64,000 nucleotides of DNA, taken from Flectonema sp. DT1601 (lineage: Eukaryota). Positions within the stretch are counted from its first letter, which is position 1. Every line of letters starts with the position of its first letter. Below the pieces are notes generated by a model, which saw nothing but the letters and a program-made list of their open reading frames with translations, did no database searches and was not told the DNA's origin. Made by a program: the position numbers and the translations under genes. Location: positions 682,001 to 746,000 of the forward strand of contig OZ025789.1 of the NCBI GenBank assembly GCA_964019425.1, written 5' to 3'. This document shows positions 1-11,321 of the stretch, piece by piece.

Positions 1-393
1 GCGGAGGTCACAACTACAAAAACGAATTTGGTGATCAGATTTCGGGAAAGGATCGCTTCTGTTTTGAATCGCATGTCCAAATGAAATCCTTTTCACCAAA
101 AAAAAAAAAAAAAAAAAAAAAAAATTACATACTACATGGAAAATGATTTTTCCTAACCTCCCCTTCTTTTTTTTTTTTTTTTTTTTTTTTGGAAATTAGA
201 ACAAACAGAATGGATCTGAAATCCCTCATTCCGATCTTCTATTCTGTTTGGACTTCCGATTTTATCTCTTTTTTTTTATTTAATGCGCTTTCCCTTTCAC
301 TGACAATGATCTCTTGTAATACTTTACAAAGTACTCAATTTCCAATTTAATGTTACTTTAATTACATAAACACTCCTACCTAACAACAGGCTA

Positions 394-977
394 ATGCCAT
401 CACAACATGACTCAGATGTTAGTTCGGTGGAGGAGAAGGAAGAGGTGAAGGATGAAAAAGTTGAGAGAAAACCGATCGACCCCGTAGCTGACTGGCGTTG
501 TCCAGATTGTTCATTTATAAACAGAGAAAGGTATCATAATGACACCTGTCACAGATGTGGGAAACCAAAACCTGGAGACGAAGAGTTAAAACAAAGATTT
601 GATGAAATGATGAGAAGTAGGGAAAAACAAAAAGCCGCCATGAGATTCCGCGGAGGAGAACGCGAAGTAGAAGTACGCGAAGAGATGGAACAAGAACTGG
701 CTAACGTCAAGGCATTCAAAGAGAAATGGGAACAGTACTCCACACAATCAGATGAAACGTTAAAAAAGATAGAAGAACGGGTATGTGATCATCAGTCATG
801 TTATCGTATTAGAAATCTTTTCATATTAACATCAATCAGGAGCAACAGTTGAAGATACTAAATCAAATGGAAGACCGAATGCGTATAAAACATGCGAAAC
901 ATGAACACGATGACACCTTTCTCAGAGACCTTCAGGACGCTGCCGAGCTCAGCGCTTGTTTACCCGCAACGTGCTGA
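394..977 (+). CDS. RanBP2-type zinc-finger protein with coiled-coil C-terminus; 2 exons (intron 781-839)
   Basis: WRCPDCSFIN...CHRCGKPKP matches the RanBP2 zinc-finger pattern. Removing GTATGT...ATCAG (781-839) continues the frame (EQQLKILNQ...) to TGA at 975-977. An upstream exon is possible. Confidence 0.75.
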
Positions 978-1262
978 GGAGACACGTTGATCTTATATCT
1001 TATTATTGAAAGCTGGCTGCTTATGCAAATCAACTTTGCTACTAGCCCGTCATACTGTCTTAATGTAAACCGACGAGTCATAGACACGTCACATTAGACA
1101 TGTTAGTTAGCAGTAAGCTGTATTAATATTTATTATTCAAAACTGATGGGACGAACGCTGCCATTGGGAGTCGTATTTCGAAAGCTGGATTACTATTCAC
1201 ACATACGTTCCACCACACAGAGACATGAGATTATTACATAAGTAATAAAAGAGTTGAAACAA

Positions 1263-2543
1263 ATGGTAGCATTCAGTGATGAGATATCGCTAATTGGATT
1301 TCTTTCTCTAATTTGGATAATTGACAAGGGATGCAGACTGATTGGCATCTCTCCGTTAGTGGGTAACTTACTGACTGGGATTGTAATGGGACCAGCTCTG
1401 TTGAATGTTGTACCTTACGCAGATGCTATGAAATTGGTTGGAAAAATAGGAGTTTTGTTACTAATTGTCGACGGGACACTTTCTATTGATTTAGAACAAG
1501 TAAAACAGATTGGTTTGAGAGCTTTTGTAGCAGCTGCATTAGGTGTTGCTGGTCCAGTAGGTTTGAGTATGTTATTTGTTGTTGTTGTATTCGACAGACC
1601 TTGGAAGACTGGTCTATCAACTGGAGCAGCAATAGCTCCAACCTCATTAGGGTTTAGCGCTAAGATGCTGCAAGAAGCTAAAGTTTTAACGACACCTCTT
1701 GGTCAACTCATCTGTGTTGCTGCCGTAATGGATGACGTATTAAGTCTTTGTTTATTATCAGAAATTAGAGCTCTCGATGACATCTCTGCTTGGGGATTAA
1801 TTCAACCGATTGTTGCCTCTCTCGGTTCTATCATTGTTGGCGTCTGTCTTGCTATCGGTCTTCCCAAAATAATTCCTTCTTTATTATCAAAATTACCTTT
1901 AAAGGGGACCAACAGAAGATATTTTCTTGTATTTTTAATTCTTGGATTATCGTCTCTATTAGCATTCTTAAGTGCTTACGCTGGGTCATCAGATCTGTTG
2001 GGTGCTTTCTGTGGTGCGCTTCCGTTTTCGGCGTTTTCAGAATTTACTGAAGCCTGGGAAGAATCTCACTTGGGACCTTTAATTAATTGGGGGACGAGAT
2101 TGTTTTTCTCAGCGACCATCGGATTTGGTGTTCCAAAAGTGGAAACTGGTGATGGTGGTCTTCTGTCAGCAGAAGCCATTTGGAAAGGAGTCGTACTCGG
2201 ACTCTGTGGGCTCGTTGGAAAAATGTTTGTTGGTTTTTTAGCATCACCTCTCTCTCTTAATTCATTTCTCGTCTTCGGTATTGCAATGCAAGGCCGTGGT
2301 GAATTCTCATTCATCCTCGCTGATGAAGCTGCTGAAGAAGAGTTTTTTCATCCAAACACAGCTGATCATCCAGCAGTGATATGGGGATTATTAATCTGTT
2401 GTATAATTACTCCAATCGCTTTTAAACGAGTGTTGGGAAATCCTTCTGCAGACAAACCAACGACTGCACCGGATGAGGAGCATTCAATCTCGTCAAGTCA
2501 TCCACCAGACGATACCAAATCTCATTCAACTGATGACGTGTAG
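1263..2543 (+). CDS. Cation/H+ antiporter, CPA2 (NapA/KefB-like Na_H_Exchanger family), intronless
   Basis: About 12-13 hydrophobic segments, with CPA2 motifs GIVMGPALL, APTSLG, AAVMDDV and MQGRGEFS. First ATG at 1263. Confidence 0.9.
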   Translation: MVAFSDEISLIGFLSLIWIIDKGCRLIGISPLVGNLLTGIVMGPALLNVVPYADAMKLVGKIGVLLLIVDGTLSIDLEQVKQIGLRAFVAAALGVAGPVGLSMLFVVVVFDRPWKTGLSTGAAIAPTSLGFSAKMLQEAKVLTTPLGQLICVAAVMDDVLSLCLLSEIRALDDISAWGLIQPIVASLGSIIVGVCLAIGLPKIIPSLLSKLPLKGTNRRYFLVFLILGLSSLLAFLSAYAGSSDLLGAFCGALPFSAFSEFTEAWEESHLGPLINWGTRLFFSATIGFGVPKVETGDGGLLSAEAIWKGVVLGLCGLVGKMFVGFLASPLSLNSFLVFGIAMQGRGEFSFILADEAAEEEFFHPNTADHPAVIWGLLICCIITPIAFKRVLGNPSADKPTTAPDEEHSISSSHPPDDTKSHSTDDV

Positions 2544-2670
2544 TTTCTTATTAAAAAAACCTTGACAGGTAACTTCGATTGCTGGGATGATAAACTTTCT
2601 ATTATGATCATTTCATTGGATTATAATTATTTAAAAACTTTTTCATTTTTCATTACTCTCTTTACAGGCA

Positions 2671-4780
2671 ATGGAGGGCATCGTAGCAATATGGCAAACG
2701 ATATTACAGCGCCCTGATATTCCAGATGATGAGAAGGCGTTGATAGGGCCGCTCGATAAATTTACAAAATACGGAAGAGTTCCTTGCAAACTTCTCTTAA
2801 ATATAATTATAGTTGGATTACTCACAGCTGAGGTGATATTTTACGTACCAATCGACAACGAATATCACAACGACGCTGTGTTGGCGTTGGCAGATAAATT
2901 TACTCCAGATGGACAAGGGTCTTTCGAACCTGAATTGAAATTTCATTTCTACGATACGAAGGTATGTTTTTTTTTTATTATGAAATGCACTTTACTCCCC
3001 CCTTCTATTAATAATTCCAACATCAACCAACAGGAAATTACTAATTTCCTACTGGAATGTTTTGATTACTGGGATGCGTTAACACAGGATCCAACTGCTC
3101 TTTTCATCCATCCAACCACTTCATCTGGTGAAAGACGCATGCCCTTCATCCAAACTGTATTAAAAACAAATGGAACATTCAAGGACCTAATAACAGATCG
3201 ACAAGTAGAGTTCGAAACGGTTACTTTCGACTGTACATTATCAAGAGACAATAAATTAGGTCCATTCAATGGAAGTGATTTGGTTAATTCAAAAAAACCG
3301 AGAGAGTCAGCAGAGAGTGATTTAAATGTTTTTAGTGATCGTTTTCGAACTCCATCGTCGGGAACGAAATCTCGCATGAGTAAGACTGAAATCAGAAGAA
3401 TGAAAAATAAAGTTAAGACGGACAGCTCTAGAAACAGTAATACCGCAAAGGAAAAAAAGTCTCGCAGGAGATTGAGAAGAAAACCAAAACCGAGTTCGTA
3501 CCTCTCCAACGATCAGATCCGGTTGAATGAAGATTCGAAATGCTCCGGCATCCCTGATGTTTATAATAAAGTAACTTCATTCTCGGTTATGTATGTTGTT
3601 TTTAATACTGTTTTAGTTTGGTTATAAAATACTAATAATCAATAACTAACAAATCAGATATCCCGTTCATTCGATTCGCATCACCGGACCAACCAACGAA
3701 CCTTCACTAAGAAAGTGGGACTTACGAGGTGACTACGATATGTCAACCAAAGCAGGAGTTATAGAATACGAGTTAAAATACACTCCAGGGATACTTGGTA
3801 GAATCGTACCTGCTTCTCGTATTATGGGAGAAGGGTATATGATTATGAGTGTTATTGTTTTGATACTGGCTTTTTGGGATTTGGTTCTCAGATTGAAAGC
3901 ACTCAGAGGAGACATATCAAGAAAGAAGAGACAAAAGTTATTAAGAGTTGTGAGGAATGTGACTGCTACTCATCAGCAGACTGGTGATAACAAAGAAAGT
4001 AATAATAACAACAACACAACAACAGAACAAGGTAATAGTGATACACAACACCCTGTCTTACAACTAAATGATGACGACGCCCTGCTAACACTCGGTGATG
4101 ACTTAGCTACTTTAAGTTCTTCAGACACAGAGTTAGACGAAGCTAAAGCTTACGGAGTAGCACAAGAAGTCGCAGAGGAAGCTGGTCTAGATGTTCACAT
4201 CCACGGTAGTAAAATCCAATGGTTAGTCATAGCTATCGTCAGTGATGTTTTAATCATTATTAGCAAGATTTTAACACTCATCATTTGCACTACTTCTCAC
4301 TCTGTTTCATCAGCTACTCTCATAGCAAACACAACTCTAAGCGGATTCGCTGTGATGGGTGCATGCATTGTAATTATCAGTCACCTTGAACACCAACCTA
4401 GATTTTATTTACTTATAAAAACACTAAAAAGAGGAACACCTCGAGCGTTTAAATTTGTTGTTGGAAGCTTTCCCATTCTCATGGGATACGCACTCCTTGG
4501 AACTGTTCTATTTGGTGGTTACAGTGATAAGTTCGCCACCCTTGATGGTTCCTTCGTTACTTTATTCGCACTTATGAACGGCGATATTATCGACGATACT
4601 TTTCAATCTATTTTCTTCGAATCAAATGTTGTTCTTCAGGTTGTGTCTCGAGTGTATCTGTATACTTATATTGCGTTGTTTATTTACGCTATCTTAAACA
4701 TTCTTCTTGCTATTATGGAGGATGCTTACTTTCAAGTTAAGAGACAAATTATTCAAGGTCTTCATGAGGCTGAAGCTTAG
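2671..4780 (+). CDS. Mucolipin/TRPML-like (polycystin family) cation channel; 3 exons (introns 2962-3033, 3591-3657)
   Basis: N-terminal KFTKYGRVPCKLLLNIII and pore region FVTLFALMNGDIIDDTF...RVYLYTYIALFIYAILNILLAIMEDAY are typical of TRPML. GTATGT..CAG introns join the ORFs in frame. Confidence 0.88.
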
Positions 4781-6075
4781 CCATTTTTATTGTAGCCTGT
4801 CATACACTCACCTCTCAGCCGGTTTGCCAACAACCGAAGTGAGTGTGATTAACCCCTGTTTCCAAAGATACGGAACATTGGAGGATCTCCACGAAGAATT
4901 GATCACCCTTAACGCTGATAAAAGTTTTTTCTGTTTTTAAACTGTTATTCCAGTTCAATTTTTTTTTTTTTATCAATTTTTTTTTACCCGACGTAGTTTT
5001 TTTTGAGAAGAAACAATTCAGATTTTAAAAAATCCGTTATTTCTTATGGTCATGATTTATTTTTCCCTGCGTGTGACAGGATTCTGTCTGCGTTCAAGGG
5101 CTACGTTTTTAATTGTTGTCATTTAATTTGTTTGCATAGTTTTTATCATTGTCTTATCTGAGTCATTGGTATCTTACCTGCCTTCTACCCGTTGTAATTG
5201 GCCGTCGTTAGGAGTCTCAGTCGACTGCAGAACTACTCGAGTGTGTAATATTCTTATGAGGTGCGGAGTGCATGCAAACTTGTGAAAATCGACATGGTTC
5301 GTGTTTTGTTTTTTCGGTATTGTATTTCTTTCTCAGGAAAGAAAAAGCTATTCCCGCGAGGAATCACCGTCTGTCTCTGTTTAGTTTCAATTTTTTTTTT
5401 TTTATTGTGTGTGTGTGTGTGTGTAGTTTAATTACGCCTTCCTCTAAAAGAGAAGAAGACTGTTTTTTTTTTATTTTTATTTTTTTTTTTAAATACATTG
5501 TTTTTTGTTACTGTGTGTAGTGCGTTAATGTGTTGTCGAGGAGTCGTATTTTGACTCAATTTCTTTCCATAATGACAAACTGTCTACGAATTGCAGGTCA
5601 GCACAATACAGGTGGCCTTCTAAGGGACAAGTCTCATAAGATTAAGGTGTGAAACTACGGATCCCCCGGTGTAAAATGGAAAAACAGAAAAACTTTTGTT
5701 TATTTTCGTACTCTTGTTTTTGTAAACTGCCGATTGTTTGATTTGATTTTGGTAGTGCGGGTCTCAAAACGATGAATTGTGAAAGAAATAAAGAAATAAC
5801 TACATCTCTCACTGAGTGCAAACTAGTAGAACATCAAAGGGATGTTTGGAGTCACTATTTTTATAATAACTTTTTTATCTATCCAAAGATACGTCTCGAA
5901 GTGAATCTTGATTCCTAGACAGTTGCGATGTTTTCTCTCTGCCAATGTGATCAGTTGGTAATACGTCGATGTTACAAAAAATAAGAAAAAAAACAACTGA
6001 TGACTTAGACAGCTAATTGCCTACAACTAAAGTTCAATTATTATATTTCCCCCAAAAGCCATTCAAAACGACAAC

Positions 6076-7542
6076 ATGGGAAACATCGCCTGCTGTCAGT
6101 CGACAAGTCATTCCCTAGAAACTAGTGAAGAGAAAACACCAATAAGAGGTACCACACAGATTAAAGCTGAAGTTGACGATGGAATTAAACAGCTCAGAGA
6201 GGCATTAAAAGGAAAAGAGATTCCAACACAGACTGATTCTAAAGTTAAAGACAGAGCTGGTATGACATATGAACAAATAAAAGCGGAAGTCGACAGAGGT
6301 ATAAAAGCTCTCAGAGGAATTCAAACTGATGCTGAGCTCGACGAACTCCAGAAACAGGCTGAAGACGACATAGTAGAAATCCGATGTCGCAGAAAGGCTG
6401 AAGCCGAGCAATTGATCCGCGACAGGATGAACGGTAAGGTAGGTAGTTGACCAACAATTTATTTTTTTAAATATTTCGCTTTCAAATAATATTTCAAAAC
6501 AAAACAGATCAAAGACAATACTCCTGGAAACAGAAACAGCTCCACCCCGGACAGATATAAATTAGGAAAGCAACTCGGAAAAGGAGCATTCGGTCTCGTA
6601 CGACAGGCAACAGACTTAAAAACAAACAGACAGGTAGCAGTAAAGATAATGCAAAAAGAAGCCGTCGAGTTAGATGATGGTAGCAAAGAGAGACTAGCAA
6701 GGGAAGTCAGTATTATGAAGAGTTTAAAGCATCGAAATATTGTTCACTTATATGGACTTATTGTTAATGATATTAAGAGAGAGATGTGGATGATTGTTGA
6801 ATTCATTGACGGAAACGATCTGATGAAAAAACTAACGACAGGAGGACCACTTCTCGAAGCAACCGCCCGCAGTTACTTCCAACAACTAATGTACGGTCTC
6901 AACTATATGCATCAACAGAATATCGCTCACAGAGATTTAAAACCTGACAACGTGTTAATTACTAAAACTGGTGAAGTTAAAATAACAGATTTCGGTTTAT
7001 CAAATGTTCAAAAGACTGACGGTAGGGGTGTCATACCTCAGGGACTCTCTCTTAAGACTTGTTGTGGTTTGTGTTATTATTTTATTACTGTTTTTTTTTT
7101 TTTTTTTTTGGTTCAGAATGTACATCTTAAATAATAATATTAAACAGGTACACCGTACTACGTAGCTCCAGAAGTGATTAGCTCATCATCATCGAAGGGG
7201 TATTCAGGATTTACGTGTGATGTTTGGTCTCTTGGAATATTATTATTTGGAATGGTGATTAATGATGTTCCGTTTTTAGGAAAGGATCTTTCGACTCTTC
7301 TAAAGAACATAACACGTGGATCTTATTCATTTCCACCATCGAAGCCGATTTCACCTGGAGCCAAGTCGTGTATTCGTTCTATACTTGTCGTTGATGTTGA
7401 AAAAAGAGCAACTTTAGAAAACTTATCAGAACATTCCTGGGTAAAGAATGGTTTTGATGAGGACGAGTTTAAATACTCAGCTCCAATCCAACCAGAAGAT
7501 GAGGCGTTGATGACAACTGTGAAGTCTTTGAGAAATTGGTAA
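6076..7542 (+). CDS. Ser/Thr protein kinase, CAMK group (SNF1/CIPK-like), with MGNIACC acylation-like N-terminus; 3 exons (introns 6439-6507, 7067-7147)
   Basis: The spliced product has LGKGAFG, VAVK, HRDLKPDN, DFG, TCCGTPYYVAPE and DVWSLG. Splice junctions checked in frame. Confidence 0.92.
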
Positions 7543-8527
7543 TTTGAGTTTTTTTTATAGATTATAGTATTATACAAATAAATGAAAAAAAATAAATAAA
7601 TAAATAATCGCAGAAAAACTGCAGACTCCAGGATCGTGACAATTTATTTCTATTATTTTCTTTAATTCAAAAAAAAAAAAAAACCTCGTCAACTGTATGA
7701 CGTACTTTCCGAGTGATGTGAATTCGGTTATCTCATGCGAGTGGTCTCTGTTTGCTGTGATATTATTTATTTATAAATTATTATGATAAAAACTGTTTAT
7801 AAGTATTTCGATTCGATTAAAATAGGTGTCAAGTCAGACTGAGTAAGCTGCCTCTTCGGCTTCAATTCACTGTAATTGGTCTCCAGTTCTGTTTATCACC
7901 GTCGTCTTTTTAAATTGTCCCTTCAGATGTTAAACATTGTCATTTAGATAATTGGTTTTTTATTTTTTAAAAAAATCTTTTGTCGGTTGTGTGTTGCAGA
8001 GATTTTGATGTGTTTCGGTTGTTTCGTATGAATATTTTTTTTTTTTTCCTCGTTCTCTCCTTGTTTTTTGAGCTTTTTTATTGCCCGTTGTGTGATGTCT
8101 TCCATTTTTTTTTAAAAAAAAACAATAAAAAAAAACGGTAAAATCATAAATAGGGTTCAGTGCTGTTGGAATACGGTCTTGGGTTCAGTTTAGAAACCCA
8201 AAGAGGTTTTCATCAACCGAATTGCTATTCGATTTCAGACATTGTTTTGCCAATTTTTTTTTTTTTTTTTTTATCATACTCGGTTCACAAAACAAGGAGT
8301 ATGCCACCCAATTTAATTCTCTGGTCTCCAAAAAAACAGGTCGAGAATTTCATTGAAAGTTGGTCTTAAAAAGAAAAAAAAAAAACACAATTTTCGATCC
8401 AACTCTCGCTCAATATTTTACTGACTACTATTCATTATTAATAATGAAAAGTAATTTACTGTCACGGATTGTTCAGAAAATTAATAACCTCTTTTTTTTT
8501 TTTTCAGTTACAGATAGAAGTAACAAA

Positions 8528-9633
8528 ATGGATGACTACCAATTAACAAATGTAACCGTCAGTCGAATAATAAATGTTACGATTAGTATCGAACAGCCTG
8601 AGTGTAGTTGTCCTGATCTCGTTGATGATTTAGTTCTTCCTCCTTACATCGTTGTTGTTTTTTCTGTGATGATACTCACTGCATTATCTCTTGTTGTTAA
8701 TATATGTGAATTGAAGGTTCGATTTGGGTATGATATTTTCATTCTTATATAAAAAAAAAATTTTTTTTTTGAAAAAAAAAAAAAAATTAAAAAAAAAATA
8801 GATATACCAACAAGCAAATTAAAAGCCTAGCTGGGAGCGCAACCCTTGCCGCCTTAGCAGCTCCCCCATGGTTCTTTTTAGCACCTCAGGCATTGTATCA
8901 TGTAGGACATCTAGTTTATATTATGGTTGACATCTTCGAAGCAGATTCTAATTTGAGAGGATGGGATAGGTATGAGTTGGCATACGCGAGATGGATAAAT
9001 GGAGGGGCTAGTGTTTTTATGATATTTGGAACTATTGGAGCATTCTATACCAAGAAAATGGTTGAGGGTGAGAGGACCTCAGAAGAGACAATTGTTGATA
9101 ACAAAGCAGAGTTGGGAACCAGCGTCGACGTTGATAATTTCAGAAAAGAATTCTTAGCCGCGGGAAGCATTCAAGAAATGGATGAACTCCAACAGAAGAG
9201 TGCTGAAAAAATTCAAATCATGGGAGACAACACTGAGTGGGAACGAGGAGTAAAAATAAAATCCATCGCAGCCCTCCTTGTCGGATTTTGCATGTTACCC
9301 TGCATTGCAAGTCACATAGTAACAGGATTGGTACTGTGGGTGTGGATTCATATTCCTGTTTTAATATTTCTTCATATGATGTGTACAACTTTCTTAGTTA
9401 GAAGAAATCGATACACTGGATTAATTCCGAGAATTGTCGCTCTTGATCTTATTCTTGCTTTGTATGCGATAACGTTACAAGATGCTTTTAACTACTCTCT
9501 TCTGTTCTACAAAGGAGAGAATTATTTAACACTCATTTGGGAGACTATCGCAGCTCATCATAATATGATTTGTTTCTTCTGTCGTGTTTTCAATGATATA
9601 GATCACCTTTTTAATGTTTTATCATTTCTGTGA
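8528..9633 (+). CDS. Multi-pass membrane protein of unknown function; 2 exons (intron 8728-8801)
   Basis: ATG follows a poly-T/AG acceptor. Removing the intron gives a continuous frame (...RFGYTNKQIK...) with several hydrophobic helices. Confidence 0.7.
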
Positions 9634-10692
9634 AATCACTTATCCAACCGTCGGAGGTTTACGATTGTTGAAGATTACAACCCGTTGTATCAAAGACTTG
9701 TGCTCTATTAATGGTGGTAATGGAGCCCTGCTATTAGGCTCCTTCATTGGGGCTGAATGCGCTTACGTGTTAATCATAAGTAGCTCCCGTACTGGGGGGT
9801 TATTATTGCTGTTGAAGATGACAACCCGTCGTATCTTCATTATAACGCATGCGTGTCGACTACCGGGGGATATATCTTTCTCTCGGGATCTTTTTGTTTT
9901 TCACTCAATTCATATATTTTGCTTCTCTTAATGGGGTGTCGTGCTTTGTTGTTCGTACCTAGAATTATTTTTTTTAAAAAAATTCCTCAGAGACCCCTGT
10001 TTAATAAAAAAGGGGGTATAATATACTATATTATAATATCATTTTTGTCGTTGTTTGTTATAATGTTGTTAATAGACTAGAAAGGACTATTTTTTTTTTT
10101 TTTTTTTTTTTGGTTTTTAAAAAAGGGGTAGTTAGATACGCCAATTTAGTAAAAAGAAAATAAATAAAAAAGGAACTAACCAAAGACTCAGCAGTCATCA
10201 GTTAGAAAAAAATGTTATGTTTTTGTATTATTTCCGTGCTTTTTTTTACATAGAAACCAGGCGTGTCTCAGAACGTCACAACCATTCCAATCCTCTTGCC
10301 ACAGTACCTGACTTCGTGACCTGTCACCTGGTTGTGTGTTTTTGACGTTTTCTTTTTGGTTTGATTTTTCGTTTTTTTTTTTTTTTTTTTTGTTGTCTTC
10401 TCCTTTTCATCACAATTGCTTCTTTTAGTCTCTGGATTGCTTACAGAGATTGCGACACTTGTGAAAAGTAATGACCCTTTTTTTTTTTTTTTTTTTTTTT
10501 TTTATTATAAAATTTGGTTTACTTAGCAAACAAGAAGAAAGTAAAAAGTCATAACAAAATTGACTGACTTTCGAGTCAATTAGCAGGTACCAAGTGTAAC
10601 TTACTACGGATCATTGAGGACGACTGAGACTAGTTTTTTTGAGGATGGGGGTTTTTTCAAATTATTTTACGTTTTTATTATTTACTAAAAAA

Positions 10693-10724
<32 letters not shown>

Positions 10725-10979
10725 AAAAGGAAAAGATTCTTTTTTAGTTAGTTAATGACCTGAATTATTAGTTTTTGTATTATTTAATCCGACAATGTCC
10801 GTGACGAGTTTTGAGAATCGGTTCTCATTCATGTCAACAGCTGTGGTATTATTTCTGTCTGTCTGTCTGTTTTTTTTTTTTTTTTAAAGTTCCAACATAT
10901 GAAGCTGCATCGATAAAAAGCCGTCGGTCAACAATCATAATTATATTTTTTAAAACAGTAACACGAATCCTTCATAACT

Positions 10980-11321
10980 ATGCCAATGACTACTAAATCG
11001 TTTTGTAAGAGACGTTCTGTAACCTTCAACCCAGTTGTGAAGACGTTTGCGTACAACTCACCCCAATATGTTGAGGGTCAAAATGCTGTATTGGACGCTC
11101 CAGACTGGATGACAGCTGACCCGGATATCGACACTTGTAACAAGACGTGGAAAGACGCACTGTTGGTGGCTAAGACCCTCGTAAATACTCGAAAGGTAGC
11201 AAATCCTAAATATTCAAGATGTGAAAATGCGAACTCCCCGCAGGCTGCCATGGCAGCTGCGTTACAAATCCTTCAAAATACCAACTTCTCAACATCAATG
11301 AACGCTATTCCTCTTTCATAA
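10980..11321 (+). CDS. Small hypothetical protein (113 aa) with N-terminal RVxF-like motif (KRRSVTF)
   Basis: Coding-like composition within homopolymer-rich DNA, preceded by a poly-T tract and AG. Confidence 0.6.
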   Translation: MPMTTKSFCKRRSVTFNPVVKTFAYNSPQYVEGQNAVLDAPDWMTADPDIDTCNKTWKDALLVAKTLVNTRKVANPKYSRCENANSPQAAMAAALQILQNTNFSTSMNAIPLS

